A DNA stretch of 64,000 nt from Minisyncoccota bacterium (lineage in GTDB: Bacteria > Patescibacteriota > Minisyncoccia > Phycocordibacterales > VMEP01). The position numbers and the translations under genes are program-made. A model generated the notes under the pieces. It saw only the letters and a program-made list of their open reading frames with translations. It did not search any database and was not told the DNA's origin. The stretch covers positions 10,621 to 74,620 of the forward strand of contig JBAZUR010000002.1 in NCBI GenBank assembly GCA_041661305.1, read 5' to 3'. Positions 17,813 through 27,680 of the stretch are shown here, piece after piece (positions within the stretch are counted from its first letter, which is position 1; every line of letters starts with the position of its first letter).

Positions 17813-18832
17813 TTGTTGTTTATTGGTGTTTTATTGGTTATCTCCTCTCCTTCCACAGCTTCTGCGGGAGTCTTTTCTAAAATAAACGACCTTTTTTCTA
17901 AAAATGATTCTGAGCAGAGCAAAATAAGTAATTCTCAAAACATGGATATCTTAGAGGCTGTGACCGGTCCTGTTGGTCAAAGTTTACCAAGTGGTGGTGG
18001 CGATATTACTATTGTTGGAGGGATGGCTCTTCTTCCAGACGCTGGTCCTTCCGGAACACAGGTTGAGGTAAACGAAAAACCAACCCCTGCTTTTGGGCAG
18101 GTCAGTACATATACGGTTCGCGCGGGAGATACCCTCTCAAGTATTGCTAAAATGTTTGATGTTAGTGTTGGGACAGTTTTAAGCGCAAACGATTTAAAAA
18201 GAGGTGATGCTTTAGTTGTCGGACAGAAACTTATAATTTTGCCTGTATCGGGTGTTCAGTACACGATTAGTAAAGGAGATACGATCTCTTCTATTTCAAA
18301 GAAATATAAAGTAGATGTTGGTGAAATTATCGGGTTCAATGGTTTTTCTTCGGAGAGTGACGTCCTTCCTATTGGGGAATCAATAATCATTCCTTTCGCC
18401 GAAACAGAACAAAAGAGTACAACCATTGTTCCATCCAAGAAAATTGTTAACAAAGCACACGGCACTGGTGGGCCTGATTACACTGGGTACTTCATACGCC
18501 CAGTCTTAGAAGAGCTTGGTAGAAAGTCCCAGGGCTTACATGGATACAACGGTGTTGATATCGCAGCCAAAAAAGGAACTCCAATAATCGCCGCAGCCGC
18601 AGGTGAAGTTATTGTTGCAAGAAGTGGTGGGTGGAATGGTGGCTATGGATCGTATGTTGTTATTGCACACGGTAACGGAACACAAACTCTTTATGGCCAC
18701 ATGAGTTCAGTTGCTGTGGAGGAAGGATGGCATGTAAGCAAGGGTCAAACTATTGGGCAAGTTGGTTCAACCGGGCGCTCGACAGGATCACATCTTCATT
18801 TTGAGATTCGTGGTGCGAAGAACCCATTTTAA
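17813..18832 (+). CDS. Secreted LysM-domain peptidoglycan endopeptidase (peptidase M23)
   Basis: Signal peptide, two LysM repeats (YTVRAGDTLSSIAKMF..., YTISKGDTISSISKKY...) and a C-terminal M23 core (YGHMSS...GSTGRSTGSHLHFEIR). The ribosome-binding site AAGAGG precedes a TTG start. Confidence 0.85.
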   Translation: MLFIGVLLVISSPSTASAGVFSKINDLFSKNDSEQSKISNSQNMDILEAVTGPVGQSLPSGGGDITIVGGMALLPDAGPSGTQVEVNEKPTPAFGQVSTYTVRAGDTLSSIAKMFDVSVGTVLSANDLKRGDALVVGQKLIILPVSGVQYTISKGDTISSISKKYKVDVGEIIGFNGFSSESDVLPIGESIIIPFAETEQKSTTIVPSKKIVNKAHGTGGPDYTGYFIRPVLEELGRKSQGLHGYNGVDIAAKKGTPIIAAAAGEVIVARSGGWNGGYGSYVVIAHGNGTQTLYGHMSSVAVEEGWHVSKGQTIGQVGSTGRSTGSHLHFEIRGAKNPF

Positions 18833-18895
18833 AGAAAGAACGACGGGTAAGGATGAACGCCCAAAATTTCATTTGCGATCTAGATAATCGACCAA

Positions 18896-18928
18896 AACAA
18901 AAAAACTCCCCAGATGGGGAGTTTTTTG
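18896..18928. terminator. Bidirectional rho-independent terminator between the LysM-M23 gene and comM
   Basis: AAAAACTCCCCAGATGGGGAGTTTTTTG. The 7-bp GC stem is flanked by an A-run and a T-run. Confidence 0.7.
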
Positions 18929-18930
18929 TT

Positions 18931-20493
18931 TTAAGAGCGCGACAAGAAAGATTCTCTTGGTCGATAGCGGATAGCTTCTAGGATATGCTCGTCTAGAATT
19001 TCATCACTTTCTGCTAAATCGGCGATGGTGCGAGCGAGTTTAATTGCTTTATGATAGGCACGTGCAGAAAAGTTAAATTTTTCTGCACTTTGACGCAAAA
19101 GTTTTTCGGCGTTTTCTGTGATTCTCGACATTTCAATAATATCTTTTGCTTTCATTTCGCTGTTTAGGCGGCCACTTTTTTTAAAAGAAGCAAAGCGTTC
19201 TTTTTGGCGAGAACGAGCTTTCATTACTCGATTACGTATTGTCTCGCTTTTTTCACCGTCGCTTTCACCCGATAGTTTTTGATAGTCTATTGTGCCAACT
19301 TCAATCCACATATCAACTCGGTCTATAATTGGACCTGACAATTTTCTTTCATAGCGAGCAATTGCAGAAGCAGTGCAGGTGCACTGCTGTTTTTTATTAC
19401 CTCTATTTCCACAAGGGCAAGGGTTTAGTGCTGCGACTAAAATAAATGATGCCGGAAAAAGTGCGAATCCACGGGAGCGAGAAATGTTAACCACCCTGTC
19501 CTCGAGCGGTTGGCGTAGTGATTCTAGAACTCTGGTTTCAAACTCTGGAAATTCGTCTAAAAACAAAACCCCACGATGAGCGAGAGTGGCCTCTCCTGGT
19601 TTGGGAATTGCGCCTCCGCCGATAACCGAAACATAAGAAGCAGTGTGGTGAGGGGAACGAAACGGCGGAGTTGTGATGATTGTCTCTCTTAGTGTTCCAG
19701 CTGCTGAATGAATACCAGTCACCTCAAGCATCTCATCTTCGTTTAGATTTGGAAGTAATCCGCGAAACCCTTTGGCAAGCATCGTTTTTCCTGTTCCTGG
19801 TGGGCCATAAAGAGCGATATTGTGTCCGCCAGACGCGGCAATTTCCAAACCACGCTTCCCTGTTTCCTGTCCGCGAATTTCTGAAAGATCCAAATCAATT
19901 TCTGAAAATGTTGGAATAATTTCTGTTGGCTCTCTGTGGTCTATCGTTTCATTTTTTACCTGGGCACTTTTCTCTTTATTTTTTGAGAGATGGTTTAGTA
20001 ATTGTTGTAAGGTTTTAATTGGAAAAATTTTTATTCCACGAATAAGAGCTGCCTCTATTGCGTTTTCTTCTGGGACGTATAGTTCTTCAAACCCTCTTTT
20101 CTTTGCTTCTTCGGCAATAAGAAGAGTTCCTCGAACAGGCATAACTTTTCCATCGAGTGATAGTTCTCCAACAAATAATTTTTTTGCCGGGTCAAAAGAA
20201 ATATCTCCTGAAGCAATAGCGTAAGCAAGAGCAATCGGAACATCAAAAACAGGACCTTCTTTTTTCATATCAGCCGGAGCGAGAGAAATCACAACTTTTT
20301 CGTTTTTACTCTTTGGTGGTTTTAGTCCAGAATTTTTAATAGCAGCACTAACTCTATCCCGCGACTCCTCAACAGCCTTATCAGGAAGACCAACGATTGA
20401 AAATGAAAAAAGGCCGCGAGAAATATCGGCCTCAACATTCACCACGTGTGCTTTCAGGAATTGTATTTGGGCTCCGTGAACACGCGCGAAATT
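18931..20493 (-). CDS. comM: YifB/ComM-family Mg-chelatase-like AAA+ ATPase
   Basis: Walker A motif YGPPGTGKTMLAKG plus ChlI/MCM-like motifs. The likely true start is MNFARVHGAQ at 20493; the listed ORF extends upstream to 20550. Confidence 0.85.
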   Translation of the reverse strand, partial: NFARVHGAQIQFLKAHVVNVEADISRGLFSFSIVGLPDKAVEESRDRVSAAIKNSGLKPPKSKNEKVVISLAPADMKKEGPVFDVPIALAYAIASGDISFDPAKKLFVGELSLDGKVMPVRGTLLIAEEAKKRGFEELYVPEENAIEAALIRGIKIFPIKTLQQLLNHLSKNKEKSAQVKNETIDHREPTEIIPTFSEIDLDLSEIRGQETGKRGLEIAASGGHNIALYGPPGTGKTMLAKGFRGLLPNLNEDEMLEVTGIHSAAGTLRETIITTPPFRSPHHTASYVSVIGGGAIPKPGEATLAHRGVLFLDEFPEFETRVLESLRQPLEDRVVNISRSRGFALFPASFILVAALNPCPCGNRGNKKQQCTCTASAIARYERKLSGPIIDRVDMWIEVGTIDYQKLSGESDGEKSETIRNRVMKARSRQKERFASFKKSGRLNSEMKAKDIIEMSRITENAEKLLRQSAEKFNFSARAYHKAIKLARTIADLAESDEILDEHILEAIRYRPRESFLSRS

Positions 20494-20506
20494 CATAAAA
20501 ATAATT

Positions 20507-20863
20507 CTACAAGTGTGCCATGCAGGTCGTTGCTGCTGGGTTGGCCTCAAGTCTTTTTTCTTCTATTTCTTTTTCACAAACAGAGCAGATTCCGTATCCC
20601 CCATTTTTTATTCGGAGAAGGGCAGAATCAACCTCGTTTAGTCTTTTTTCTAGCTCTAATTGAGTGGAACTGACTTCTTCAAAATCTTCCATCAAATCAG
20701 CAACTTCATTTTTGTCGGAAAGACTTGCGTCCATAACAGAAGGAACTGGTTCCCAATCTTTTGGATTACCTGGAGTTCTTCTTCCAAGTACTTGCATCTC
20801 TTCTTCTAGAAGCTTCTTTTCCTCGGATAATTTTTGTTCGTACTTTTCGTAATTTTTTTCCAT
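20507..20863 (-). CDS. dksA: DksA/TraR-family C4 zinc-finger protein
   Basis: Coiled-coil N-terminus and a C-terminal GICSVCEKEI...ATTCMAHL four-Cys finger typical of DksA/TraR. Confidence 0.6.
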   Translation of the reverse strand: MEKNYEKYEQKLSEEKKLLEEEMQVLGRRTPGNPKDWEPVPSVMDASLSDKNEVADLMEDFEEVSSTQLELEKRLNEVDSALLRIKNGGYGICSVCEKEIEEKRLEANPAATTCMAHL

Positions 20864-20910
20864 GTTTTTATTTTATCACAATTTTTATTTTTTCAATTTA
20901 GTGTGCGGAA

Positions 20911-21891
20911 CTATCTAACCGGTGATTTGGCGGTTGAAAGGCGCGTGATTATCTCACTTAAAGTGGCTTCGTTTGTTGTGATAATTATAGTTTTCTTGTC
21001 TTTAAAGTAATAAATTAGTAGAGGTTGGCCGGTATCATCTCGTAATACTCTGACGTCTTTGTTTTTAATAACAGAATCAACAAACGCCCTTCTGTAAATA
21101 TCAGAACTATTTTGGGGGGCAATCCCGAACAAAGGAAGAATCTCCCCAGCCATATCGTTTTCCCAAGAATACATTCCAGCGGCTGCGTTTTCATAGAAGT
21201 TTGTTTTTAGCACAAGAAATGGCTGATTGCCATTAAACGAATGTATTCCAAACAAAAAACTATTATCAAGTGAGCGAAGAAGAGCCGGTGGTATTCGCGA
21301 TTCGATCATTGAAAAAAACTTTTCAGTATTTATAAGTGCAGGTTGTGACATATAGTCTTTCGTTTCCGTGAAATATATATTAACGAGCGAGTCTAGTCGT
21401 GGGGTGAGTTCTTTCACAGAAGCAGTCGCTTTTTTCCAAATTGTCTCTCTGTTGTTTCCGGTTATATCAACTCCAAAATCTTGTTCGGTTAAAAACAAGG
21501 CAGGGATACGTGTTGGACCAGTTTCAGTTCCGGCCCCGGGGGTAATTGTCTTTACAAAAAAGTAAGTAACCAAAAGAACTCCAGTGATTAGGAGAATAAC
21601 GCTTAAAGATATTAAGACGATGTTTTTTGAAGAACGAGGAGAAAGTTCTGCTGATATTTTGTCTTTACGCCCCTGCTCTGCAATGACCATCCTTGTAAGA
21701 GAAGTTTGGTTCTCCTTAACAGACCTGGCTGCATCGCTTTGATATGTTCTAATTGGAGAAATTTTAGGAGTAGTAGGTTCCTTCACAGTTTCTGGTGTGA
21801 CTGATTGATTTAAGTGAAAAGATCCAGGAGCTCCTACTTCTTTGTTCAGGGTTGGTTCTGAAATGTTATTTTGATCAGGAATCGTGTCCAT
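20911..21891 (-). CDS. Single-pass membrane hypothetical protein
   Basis: 326 aa. One TM helix (IVLISLSVILLITGVLLVTYFFV) follows a ~90-aa N-terminal region. No recognisable motif. Confidence 0.3.
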   Translation of the reverse strand: MDTIPDQNNISEPTLNKEVGAPGSFHLNQSVTPETVKEPTTPKISPIRTYQSDAARSVKENQTSLTRMVIAEQGRKDKISAELSPRSSKNIVLISLSVILLITGVLLVTYFFVKTITPGAGTETGPTRIPALFLTEQDFGVDITGNNRETIWKKATASVKELTPRLDSLVNIYFTETKDYMSQPALINTEKFFSMIESRIPPALLRSLDNSFLFGIHSFNGNQPFLVLKTNFYENAAAGMYSWENDMAGEILPLFGIAPQNSSDIYRRAFVDSVIKNKDVRVLRDDTGQPLLIYYFKDKKTIIITTNEATLSEIITRLSTAKSPVR

Positions 21892-21976
21892 GAGTATTAT
21901 TATACACGCACAGTCGTTTCGCGTTATAGCCTTTTAGGTAAACTAATTTATTTAATTAACTTTTAAAAATAATTAA

Positions 21977-24127
21977 CTAGGCGCCCGCTTGTGGAGTAGG
22001 AGGAGTATCTGGTTTCAGTCCCTTACGTGTCGCGAAATCAGGGTCAACATCTTTAATAGAAAGATTGATACGGTGCTTTTCATCAATTTCTTTAATGATT
22101 ACTTCTACTTTTTCCCCAATAGATAGGACATCGGTTATTCGGTTGATATGGAACGGCGCTATCTGTGAAACGTGAACCAAACCATCAGTGCGCGGTCCGA
22201 TTTCAACAAACGCCCCAAAGTCCATGATACGAGCAACAGTCCCCGTAAATCTTTCACCAACCTTATATTCCTTGGTGAGCTCTTTTATTTTTAGAAGTGC
22301 GGCTTCCGCGCTCCCGTTTTTACCAACAATTAAAACACCACCAGTTTCGTCGATGTCTATTTGTTCTGCTCCAGTTATAGACTTAATTCCGTTTATCATT
22401 TTTCCACCAGGCCCGATGATTAAACCAATTTGATCTTCCTTTACTTTGTGACGCAAAACTTTTGGCGCCGAAGCAGAGAGCATTGGTCTTGGTGTTGGAA
22501 TCGCCTCTTTTATTTTTGTGATGATTTGTAGCCGAGCATCTCGTGCATCAACAAGGGCTTCTTTTAAAACAGACAATGGAATGCCGCCAATTTTAATATC
22601 CATTTGTACGGCAGTGATACCAACTTCTGTTCCAGCAACCTTAAAATCCATGTCACCGTAGTGATCCTCTGGCCCTTGAATGTCGGTCAAAATTTTATAA
22701 TTTTCTTCACCTTCCATCATTACCCCCATAGCAATTCCAGCAACTGGTCTTTTTATTGGAACACCACCATCCATCAAGGCGAGGGTTGAACCACAAACCG
22801 AAGCCATTGAAGTTGAGCCGTTCGAAGCCATTGATTCAGAAACAATGCGAATAGTATATGGAAACTCTTCCTGGCTTGGAAGAACCGCAAGTAGTGCTTT
22901 TTCTGCCAAAGCTCCGTGTCCGATTTCTCGGCGATTTATATTTCCAACTTTTTTAATTTCCCCAGATGAGAATGGAGGAAAATTGTAATGATGCATATAA
23001 CGTTTCTCCGTCTTTATCTCAATACCATCAATTGTTTGCGATTCTCCTGGACCAGCGAGAGTTAAAGCAGAAAGAACGTGTGTGCCTCCGCGATAAAAAA
23101 TACCAGTACCATGAAGAACAGGAGAAATACCACCAGCTTGGGCAAATATTTTACGGACTTCTTTAAAACCTCTTCCGTCTGGACGCCTATCGTTTTTAAC
23201 CGCTTCGTTGTGAATAAAGTCATCTACTGATTTTTCAAAATACGAAAGCGCTAAAGATGTTTTTTCTTCTTTAAATTGCTCGGTAAAAATTTCCATCCAG
23301 TAGTCAAGAATTTCCCCGATAATTTTTCCGCCTGCTCCACCGCTTAATATTTCTTCAAAGCGAGGAGAAACTTTTTCAGTAAAAAAGCTTTTAGCTTCGC
23401 TCGATATTTCTTCTCGTGGAATTGTAATTTTTTTCTTGCCGATTTCGCGTACGATGCTTTCTTGGAAGTCTTGCAGTTTTTTTAGTTCTGGAAGTGCTTG
23501 TTCTAAGGCACTGGAGATAATTTCTTCCGGCATTTCTTTACCAGAGGCTTCAATCATATTTATTTTTCCATCACGACCACAAATAACAAGCTCGAGCTCT
23601 GCGTCATCGTGGCGTCGAAAATCATAATCCGGATTTATTTCCGGCGCATCAGTTCTGGAGTGTTTTGTTAAACGAATTGCTGCGACCGGTCCGTTCCATG
23701 GAATGTCCGATGTTGCGAGAGCAAGGGACGCTGCGTTGATTGCCAAAATATCTGGATCGTCTTTGTCGATAGCAAGAACAGTTATGATAACTTGTATTTC
23801 ATTTCTTATATGATCATCAAAAAGTGGGCGGATAGTTCTATCAATGATACGACCAGAAAGAATTGCTTCGTCTGACGGTTTTCCTTCTCGTCTAACAAAA
23901 CGACTTCCTAGAATTTGCCCAGCAGCATAAAATCTTTCTTCGTAATCAACAGTGAGTGGAAAAAAATCTATATTGTCTCGTTTCTCTTTTGAAATAACAG
24001 CCGTTGCGAGAACAATAGTTTTTCCATAAGACACAATAACTGAACCATTTGCTTGCTCGGTTAAATCAGAGAAAGTTGCGGTTAAAGTTTTTCCACCAAT
24101 TTCACACGAGAAGTTTTTCTTTTGCAT
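21977..24127 (-). CDS. pnp: Polyribonucleotide nucleotidyltransferase (PNPase)
   Basis: 716 aa with two RNase PH domains, KH and S1 domains, and a typical PNPase N-terminus. Confidence 0.95.
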   Translation of the reverse strand: MQKKNFSCEIGGKTLTATFSDLTEQANGSVIVSYGKTIVLATAVISKEKRDNIDFFPLTVDYEERFYAAGQILGSRFVRREGKPSDEAILSGRIIDRTIRPLFDDHIRNEIQVIITVLAIDKDDPDILAINAASLALATSDIPWNGPVAAIRLTKHSRTDAPEINPDYDFRRHDDAELELVICGRDGKINMIEASGKEMPEEIISSALEQALPELKKLQDFQESIVREIGKKKITIPREEISSEAKSFFTEKVSPRFEEILSGGAGGKIIGEILDYWMEIFTEQFKEEKTSLALSYFEKSVDDFIHNEAVKNDRRPDGRGFKEVRKIFAQAGGISPVLHGTGIFYRGGTHVLSALTLAGPGESQTIDGIEIKTEKRYMHHYNFPPFSSGEIKKVGNINRREIGHGALAEKALLAVLPSQEEFPYTIRIVSESMASNGSTSMASVCGSTLALMDGGVPIKRPVAGIAMGVMMEGEENYKILTDIQGPEDHYGDMDFKVAGTEVGITAVQMDIKIGGIPLSVLKEALVDARDARLQIITKIKEAIPTPRPMLSASAPKVLRHKVKEDQIGLIIGPGGKMINGIKSITGAEQIDIDETGGVLIVGKNGSAEAALLKIKELTKEYKVGERFTGTVARIMDFGAFVEIGPRTDGLVHVSQIAPFHINRITDVLSIGEKVEVIIKEIDEKHRINLSIKDVDPDFATRKGLKPDTPPTPQAGA

Positions 24128-24258
24128 CTTATTTTAAACCCACCGAATTTTAGGAGTAAAAATTTTTTAATATTTAAACCCTGTATTATTCTCCTGGCTT
24201 TTATTAATGGTAAGTTCCACTAAGTTTCGCACGGAAAGGATGGCTTTTCAACATAAAC

Positions 24259-24291
24259 AAAAAAAGAGACCATTTCTGGTCTCTTTTTTTT
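24259..24291. terminator. Rho-independent terminator downstream of the NYN-domain gene and before pnp
   Basis: AAAAAAGAGACCATTTCTGGTCTCTTTTTTTT, with a perfect 8-bp stem. Confidence 0.7.
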
Positions 24292-24297
24292 GAAAAT

Positions 24298-24840
24298 TTA
24301 ATTATTTGTAGCCTCCCCTTTTTTACTTCGCCTTGGCATTATTAAAAATTTCTTAGGGTCATCAGAAAGGTCAATGAAGTCGTCAGCAACAGCACGGAGG
24401 TTGCTTGAAGCTGATTTACCAAAAGCGATAACTTCAACCTGTACCCCAACGTTTAGCTTTAAATATTCAACTAGTGGGCAAAAATCCCCATCTCCCGAAA
24501 CAATAACAACAGCATCAAGCTTTGGTGCTAAGCGCATTGCATCGACAGCAAGCCCAACATCCCAATCTGCTTTTTTGGCTCCACCCCAGAAAATCTGAAG
24601 ATCCTTAACTTTTGTTTCTATTCCAACCTTCCCCAAAGCTTCAAAAAAGCTTTTTTCATCCTCACCTTCTGTTTTGATGACATAAGCAATAGCGCGAACA
24701 AGTTGGCGTACACCAACAGCTTCTTTCATTATGGCTCCAAAATTTACTTTTGCGTGATAAAGGTTGCGGGCACTGTGATAAAGATTTTGTGTATCTATAA
24801 AAACACCAACTCTTTGGTCTTTGTGTTTAATAACTGACAT
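24298..24840 (-). CDS. NYN/LabA-like (PIN-like) domain protein
   Basis: RVGVFIDTQNLYHSARN at the N-terminus and ...VIVSGDGDF later, which are typical NYN-domain acidic motifs. It sits between rpsO and pnp. Confidence 0.65.
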   Translation of the reverse strand: MSVIKHKDQRVGVFIDTQNLYHSARNLYHAKVNFGAIMKEAVGVRQLVRAIAYVIKTEGEDEKSFFEALGKVGIETKVKDLQIFWGGAKKADWDVGLAVDAMRLAPKLDAVVIVSGDGDFCPLVEYLKLNVGVQVEVIAFGKSASSNLRAVADDFIDLSDDPKKFLIMPRRSKKGEATNN

Positions 24841-24946
24841 ATATAAAAATTATTTACTTAAACGAACTATATTATTAAAAATTTAATTCTTCTATCGGTA
24901 ATGATAGAAGCTTGCAGACGGCCTGTCGGTAAAGACGGGCTATTTC

Positions 24947-25210
24947 TTACTTCAAGGCTAGCTTCTTAACGATAGAATCGTATCGTTTCTTGCTTTTCTT
25001 CTCCAAATACTTCAAATGTGTTCTGCGGTCAGCAACAATTTGAATAAGCCCACGACGAGAATGGTTGTCCTTTTGGTTTTTCTTTAAATGGGTAGCTAAA
25101 TCGGTGATTCTCTTGGTCAAAATGGCGATTTGGACCTCGGCAGAGCCTGTATCCTTGTCGTGAATCTGCGTTTTTGACATGATTTCAGCCTTTTTCTTCT
25201 TCGTTATCAT
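24947..25210 (-). CDS. rpsO: 30S ribosomal protein S15
   Basis: 87 aa; DTGSAEVQIAILTKRITDLATHLKKNQKDNHSRRGL is S15-like. It occupies the classic position upstream of pnp. Confidence 0.9.
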   Translation of the reverse strand: MITKKKKAEIMSKTQIHDKDTGSAEVQIAILTKRITDLATHLKKNQKDNHSRRGLIQIVADRRTHLKYLEKKSKKRYDSIVKKLALK

Positions 25211-25586
25211 GGGCCAAACTATAGCAAAAAAGCCTTATTTTTGCAAGGGCTCTCGGTAAAAACCTACTTCTTCAAGGGTTTTTAGTGGAGTTGGTTGAAC
25301 TTCGGGTCGTTTCGCAGATTTTTTAGCGCCTCACTGAGTTCTGCCTCTTGTTTGGCTGTTAATTCCTGTGTTTCAGGGTATTGTTCCTCCTTTTTTTCAA
25401 AAAGATCTTCGCGGCCTAAAAGAGAAGCATCTCCATGTGCCTCATTGTCGTCTGTCGGTAGTGATTCTAGTCTCATATTTATGTAATTTATATAACTATA
25501 TCATAAAAAAATAAAGGTATCAGATTTTTTCAAATTTATAGATACCATGCTTACCTTATTGTCGTGGTAAAATATTTTACGACATT

Positions 25587-26513
25587 ATGACTCAAGATTT
25601 AAAGAGCTTAAAACAACAATTTCTCGAATATATAGAAATAGAACGCGGGAGAAGCTTGAAAACAGTACGTAATTACGATGCATATTTAGAGCGTTTTCTT
25701 GTTCAAACAAACGCAAAACACCCCAAAGATATAACCGACGACTCTGTTCGTGAATTTCGTCTATGGCTTAATAGACAAGAAGGTCGGCGCGAGCGCGGAA
25801 TGAGTGCTGGAACTTTAAAAAAGAAGACACAGAACTATTATTTGATTGCGTTACGAATTTTTCTTAAGTATTTAATGAAAAGAGGAATCGAGGCGATGCC
25901 ACCAGACCGTATTGAATTGGCAAAGGTATCAGAACGCTCGCTTGACCTTATTTCTCTTGATGAATTAGAGAGATTACTTAAAGCCCCTAATGGCGATGAT
26001 TTAAAAAGTTTGCGTGATAAAGCAATTTTAGAACTACTTTTTTCTACAGGACTTCGTGTTTCTGAGCTTTGCTCTCTTCCCCGTGATATTGATTTACGTA
26101 AAGATGAATTTTCTGTTAGGGGGAAAGGTGAAAAAGTCCGCGTTGTTTTTCTTTCGGATTCGGCAAAGGAGGCGATTAAAAAATACTTAGCTAAGCGTCC
26201 GGATATGGAAGACGTCCTTTTTGTTGGCACTGGAAGTATTGGCAAGAAAAAAGGAGAAATAACACATCTCACAACTCGTTCCGTGGAAAGAATTGTCGCG
26301 CAATATGCAATTAAGGCGGGTATCTCAAAAAAAGTAACCCCTCACGTTATTCGCCACTCATTCGCTACAGATTTACTGGGTAACGGGGCAGATATTCGCT
26401 CTGTTCAAATGATGCTCGGCCATGCGAGTATTTCCACTACTCAAATCTATACCCACGTGACAGATAAAGCTCTTAGGGAGATACATAAAAAATTCCACAG
26501 CGGTGGAAAGTAA
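25587..26513 (+). CDS. xerC: Tyrosine recombinase of the XerC/XerD family
   Basis: 308 aa with a core-binding domain and a C-terminal catalytic region (RHSFATDLLGNGADIRSVQMMLGHASISTTQIYTHV) that carries the R..H..Y residues. Confidence 0.85.
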   Translation: MTQDLKSLKQQFLEYIEIERGRSLKTVRNYDAYLERFLVQTNAKHPKDITDDSVREFRLWLNRQEGRRERGMSAGTLKKKTQNYYLIALRIFLKYLMKRGIEAMPPDRIELAKVSERSLDLISLDELERLLKAPNGDDLKSLRDKAILELLFSTGLRVSELCSLPRDIDLRKDEFSVRGKGEKVRVVFLSDSAKEAIKKYLAKRPDMEDVLFVGTGSIGKKKGEITHLTTRSVERIVAQYAIKAGISKKVTPHVIRHSFATDLLGNGADIRSVQMMLGHASISTTQIYTHVTDKALREIHKKFHSGGK

Positions 26514-26540
26514 AAAGACGCCATACAATTTGGACGTCTT

Positions 26541-26828
26541 TTAGTTCGCGGAGGTGGAAGTGCTTACGTGCCACTCGACTAAACCAGGATCTCTCAGTCT
26601 GATGGTTACGAACATTTCTTCCGTTCCGTATTCTGGAAAGTTTTTTACGGCATGGTCGACGATGTCGAGAAGAGGGACACATAGAAATATCTTCTTGCAA
26701 GATCTTCCAAGATAAAGCCCTTCCCCGTTTGTACAAATTCCCCAGTTTCCATAATCGGAGACCTCCCCACTTTCCATCATTTGCCTAATCAAATATCTGA
26801 CACTACAAACACTATTTTTGGGTGCCAT
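26541..26828 (-). CDS. Small hypothetical protein
   Basis: 95 aa. A good Shine-Dalgarno sequence (AAGGAG) lies 8 nt upstream of the ATG. No recognisable motif. Confidence 0.35.
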   Translation of the reverse strand: MAPKNSVCSVRYLIRQMMESGEVSDYGNWGICTNGEGLYLGRSCKKIFLCVPLLDIVDHAVKNFPEYGTEEMFVTIRLRDPGLVEWHVSTSTSAN

Positions 26829-26885
26829 AGAACTTGCTCCTTTTTATGTAATTTCTAATACATATCATATGCTAAAATAATAAAA

Positions 26886-27659
26886 ATGAAAATCATCTCC
26901 TGGAATGTAAATGGGCTCCGTGCGGTACACAGAAAAGGGCTGTTTCTTTCGTTTATTAAAAAAGAGAAACCGGATATCCTGTGCTTACAGGAAACTAAAG
27001 CTGAAGAAGTTCAGTTACCAGAAGAAATCAGAAATATTCCTGGATATTTTTGTTACTTCTCACATTCAAAAGGACGTAAGGGATATAGTGGTGTTGGTAT
27101 TTATACAAAAATTGCGCCAGAAAAAATTGAAGAAGGAATGGGAATTAAAAAATTTGATGACGAGGGGCGATTGTTAGTTTTACATTTTAAAAAATTTATT
27201 CTTCTTAATGTCTATTTTCCAAATGGAGGTGGAGCCCCAGAGAGACTTAAATACAAGTTAGATTTTTACGAAGAATTTTTAAAACACATTGAAAAATTAA
27301 AAAAGGGAGACAAAGAAATTATTTTTTGCGGAGATGTTAACGTGGCTCATGAGCCAATAGACATTGCTAGGCCTAAAGAAAACGAGGGACAAATTGGTTT
27401 TTTACCAGAAGAACGAGCTTGGATTGATGAATATATCGCACATGGTTATCTAGATGTTTTTCGACACTTCAATCCTGAGAAACAAAATGCTTATACTTGG
27501 TGGGATATGAAAACCCGCGCACGAGATAGAAATGTTGGATGGAGAATAGATTATTTTTTTGCATCACGCGGTTTGATAAAAAAAATAACAGCAATTAAAA
27601 TACTCTCAAACGTTTTCGGCTCGGACCATTGTCCGATAGCACTAGAATTAAAAGATTAG
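26886..27659 (+). CDS. xth: Exodeoxyribonuclease III
   Basis: MKIISWNVNGLRA at the N-terminus and a C-terminal SDHCP motif identify the ExoIII/APE1 EEP fold. Confidence 0.9.
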   Translation: MKIISWNVNGLRAVHRKGLFLSFIKKEKPDILCLQETKAEEVQLPEEIRNIPGYFCYFSHSKGRKGYSGVGIYTKIAPEKIEEGMGIKKFDDEGRLLVLHFKKFILLNVYFPNGGGAPERLKYKLDFYEEFLKHIEKLKKGDKEIIFCGDVNVAHEPIDIARPKENEGQIGFLPEERAWIDEYIAHGYLDVFRHFNPEKQNAYTWWDMKTRARDRNVGWRIDYFFASRGLIKKITAIKILSNVFGSDHCPIALELKD

Positions 27660-27680
27660 AAACTCCTAAAGGACATTTCA

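Noticed and set aside
25282-25476. 64-aa acidic minus-strand ORF between rpsO and xerC
   Set aside because: No ribosome-binding site and an extremely biased composition. There is insufficient support to call it a gene.
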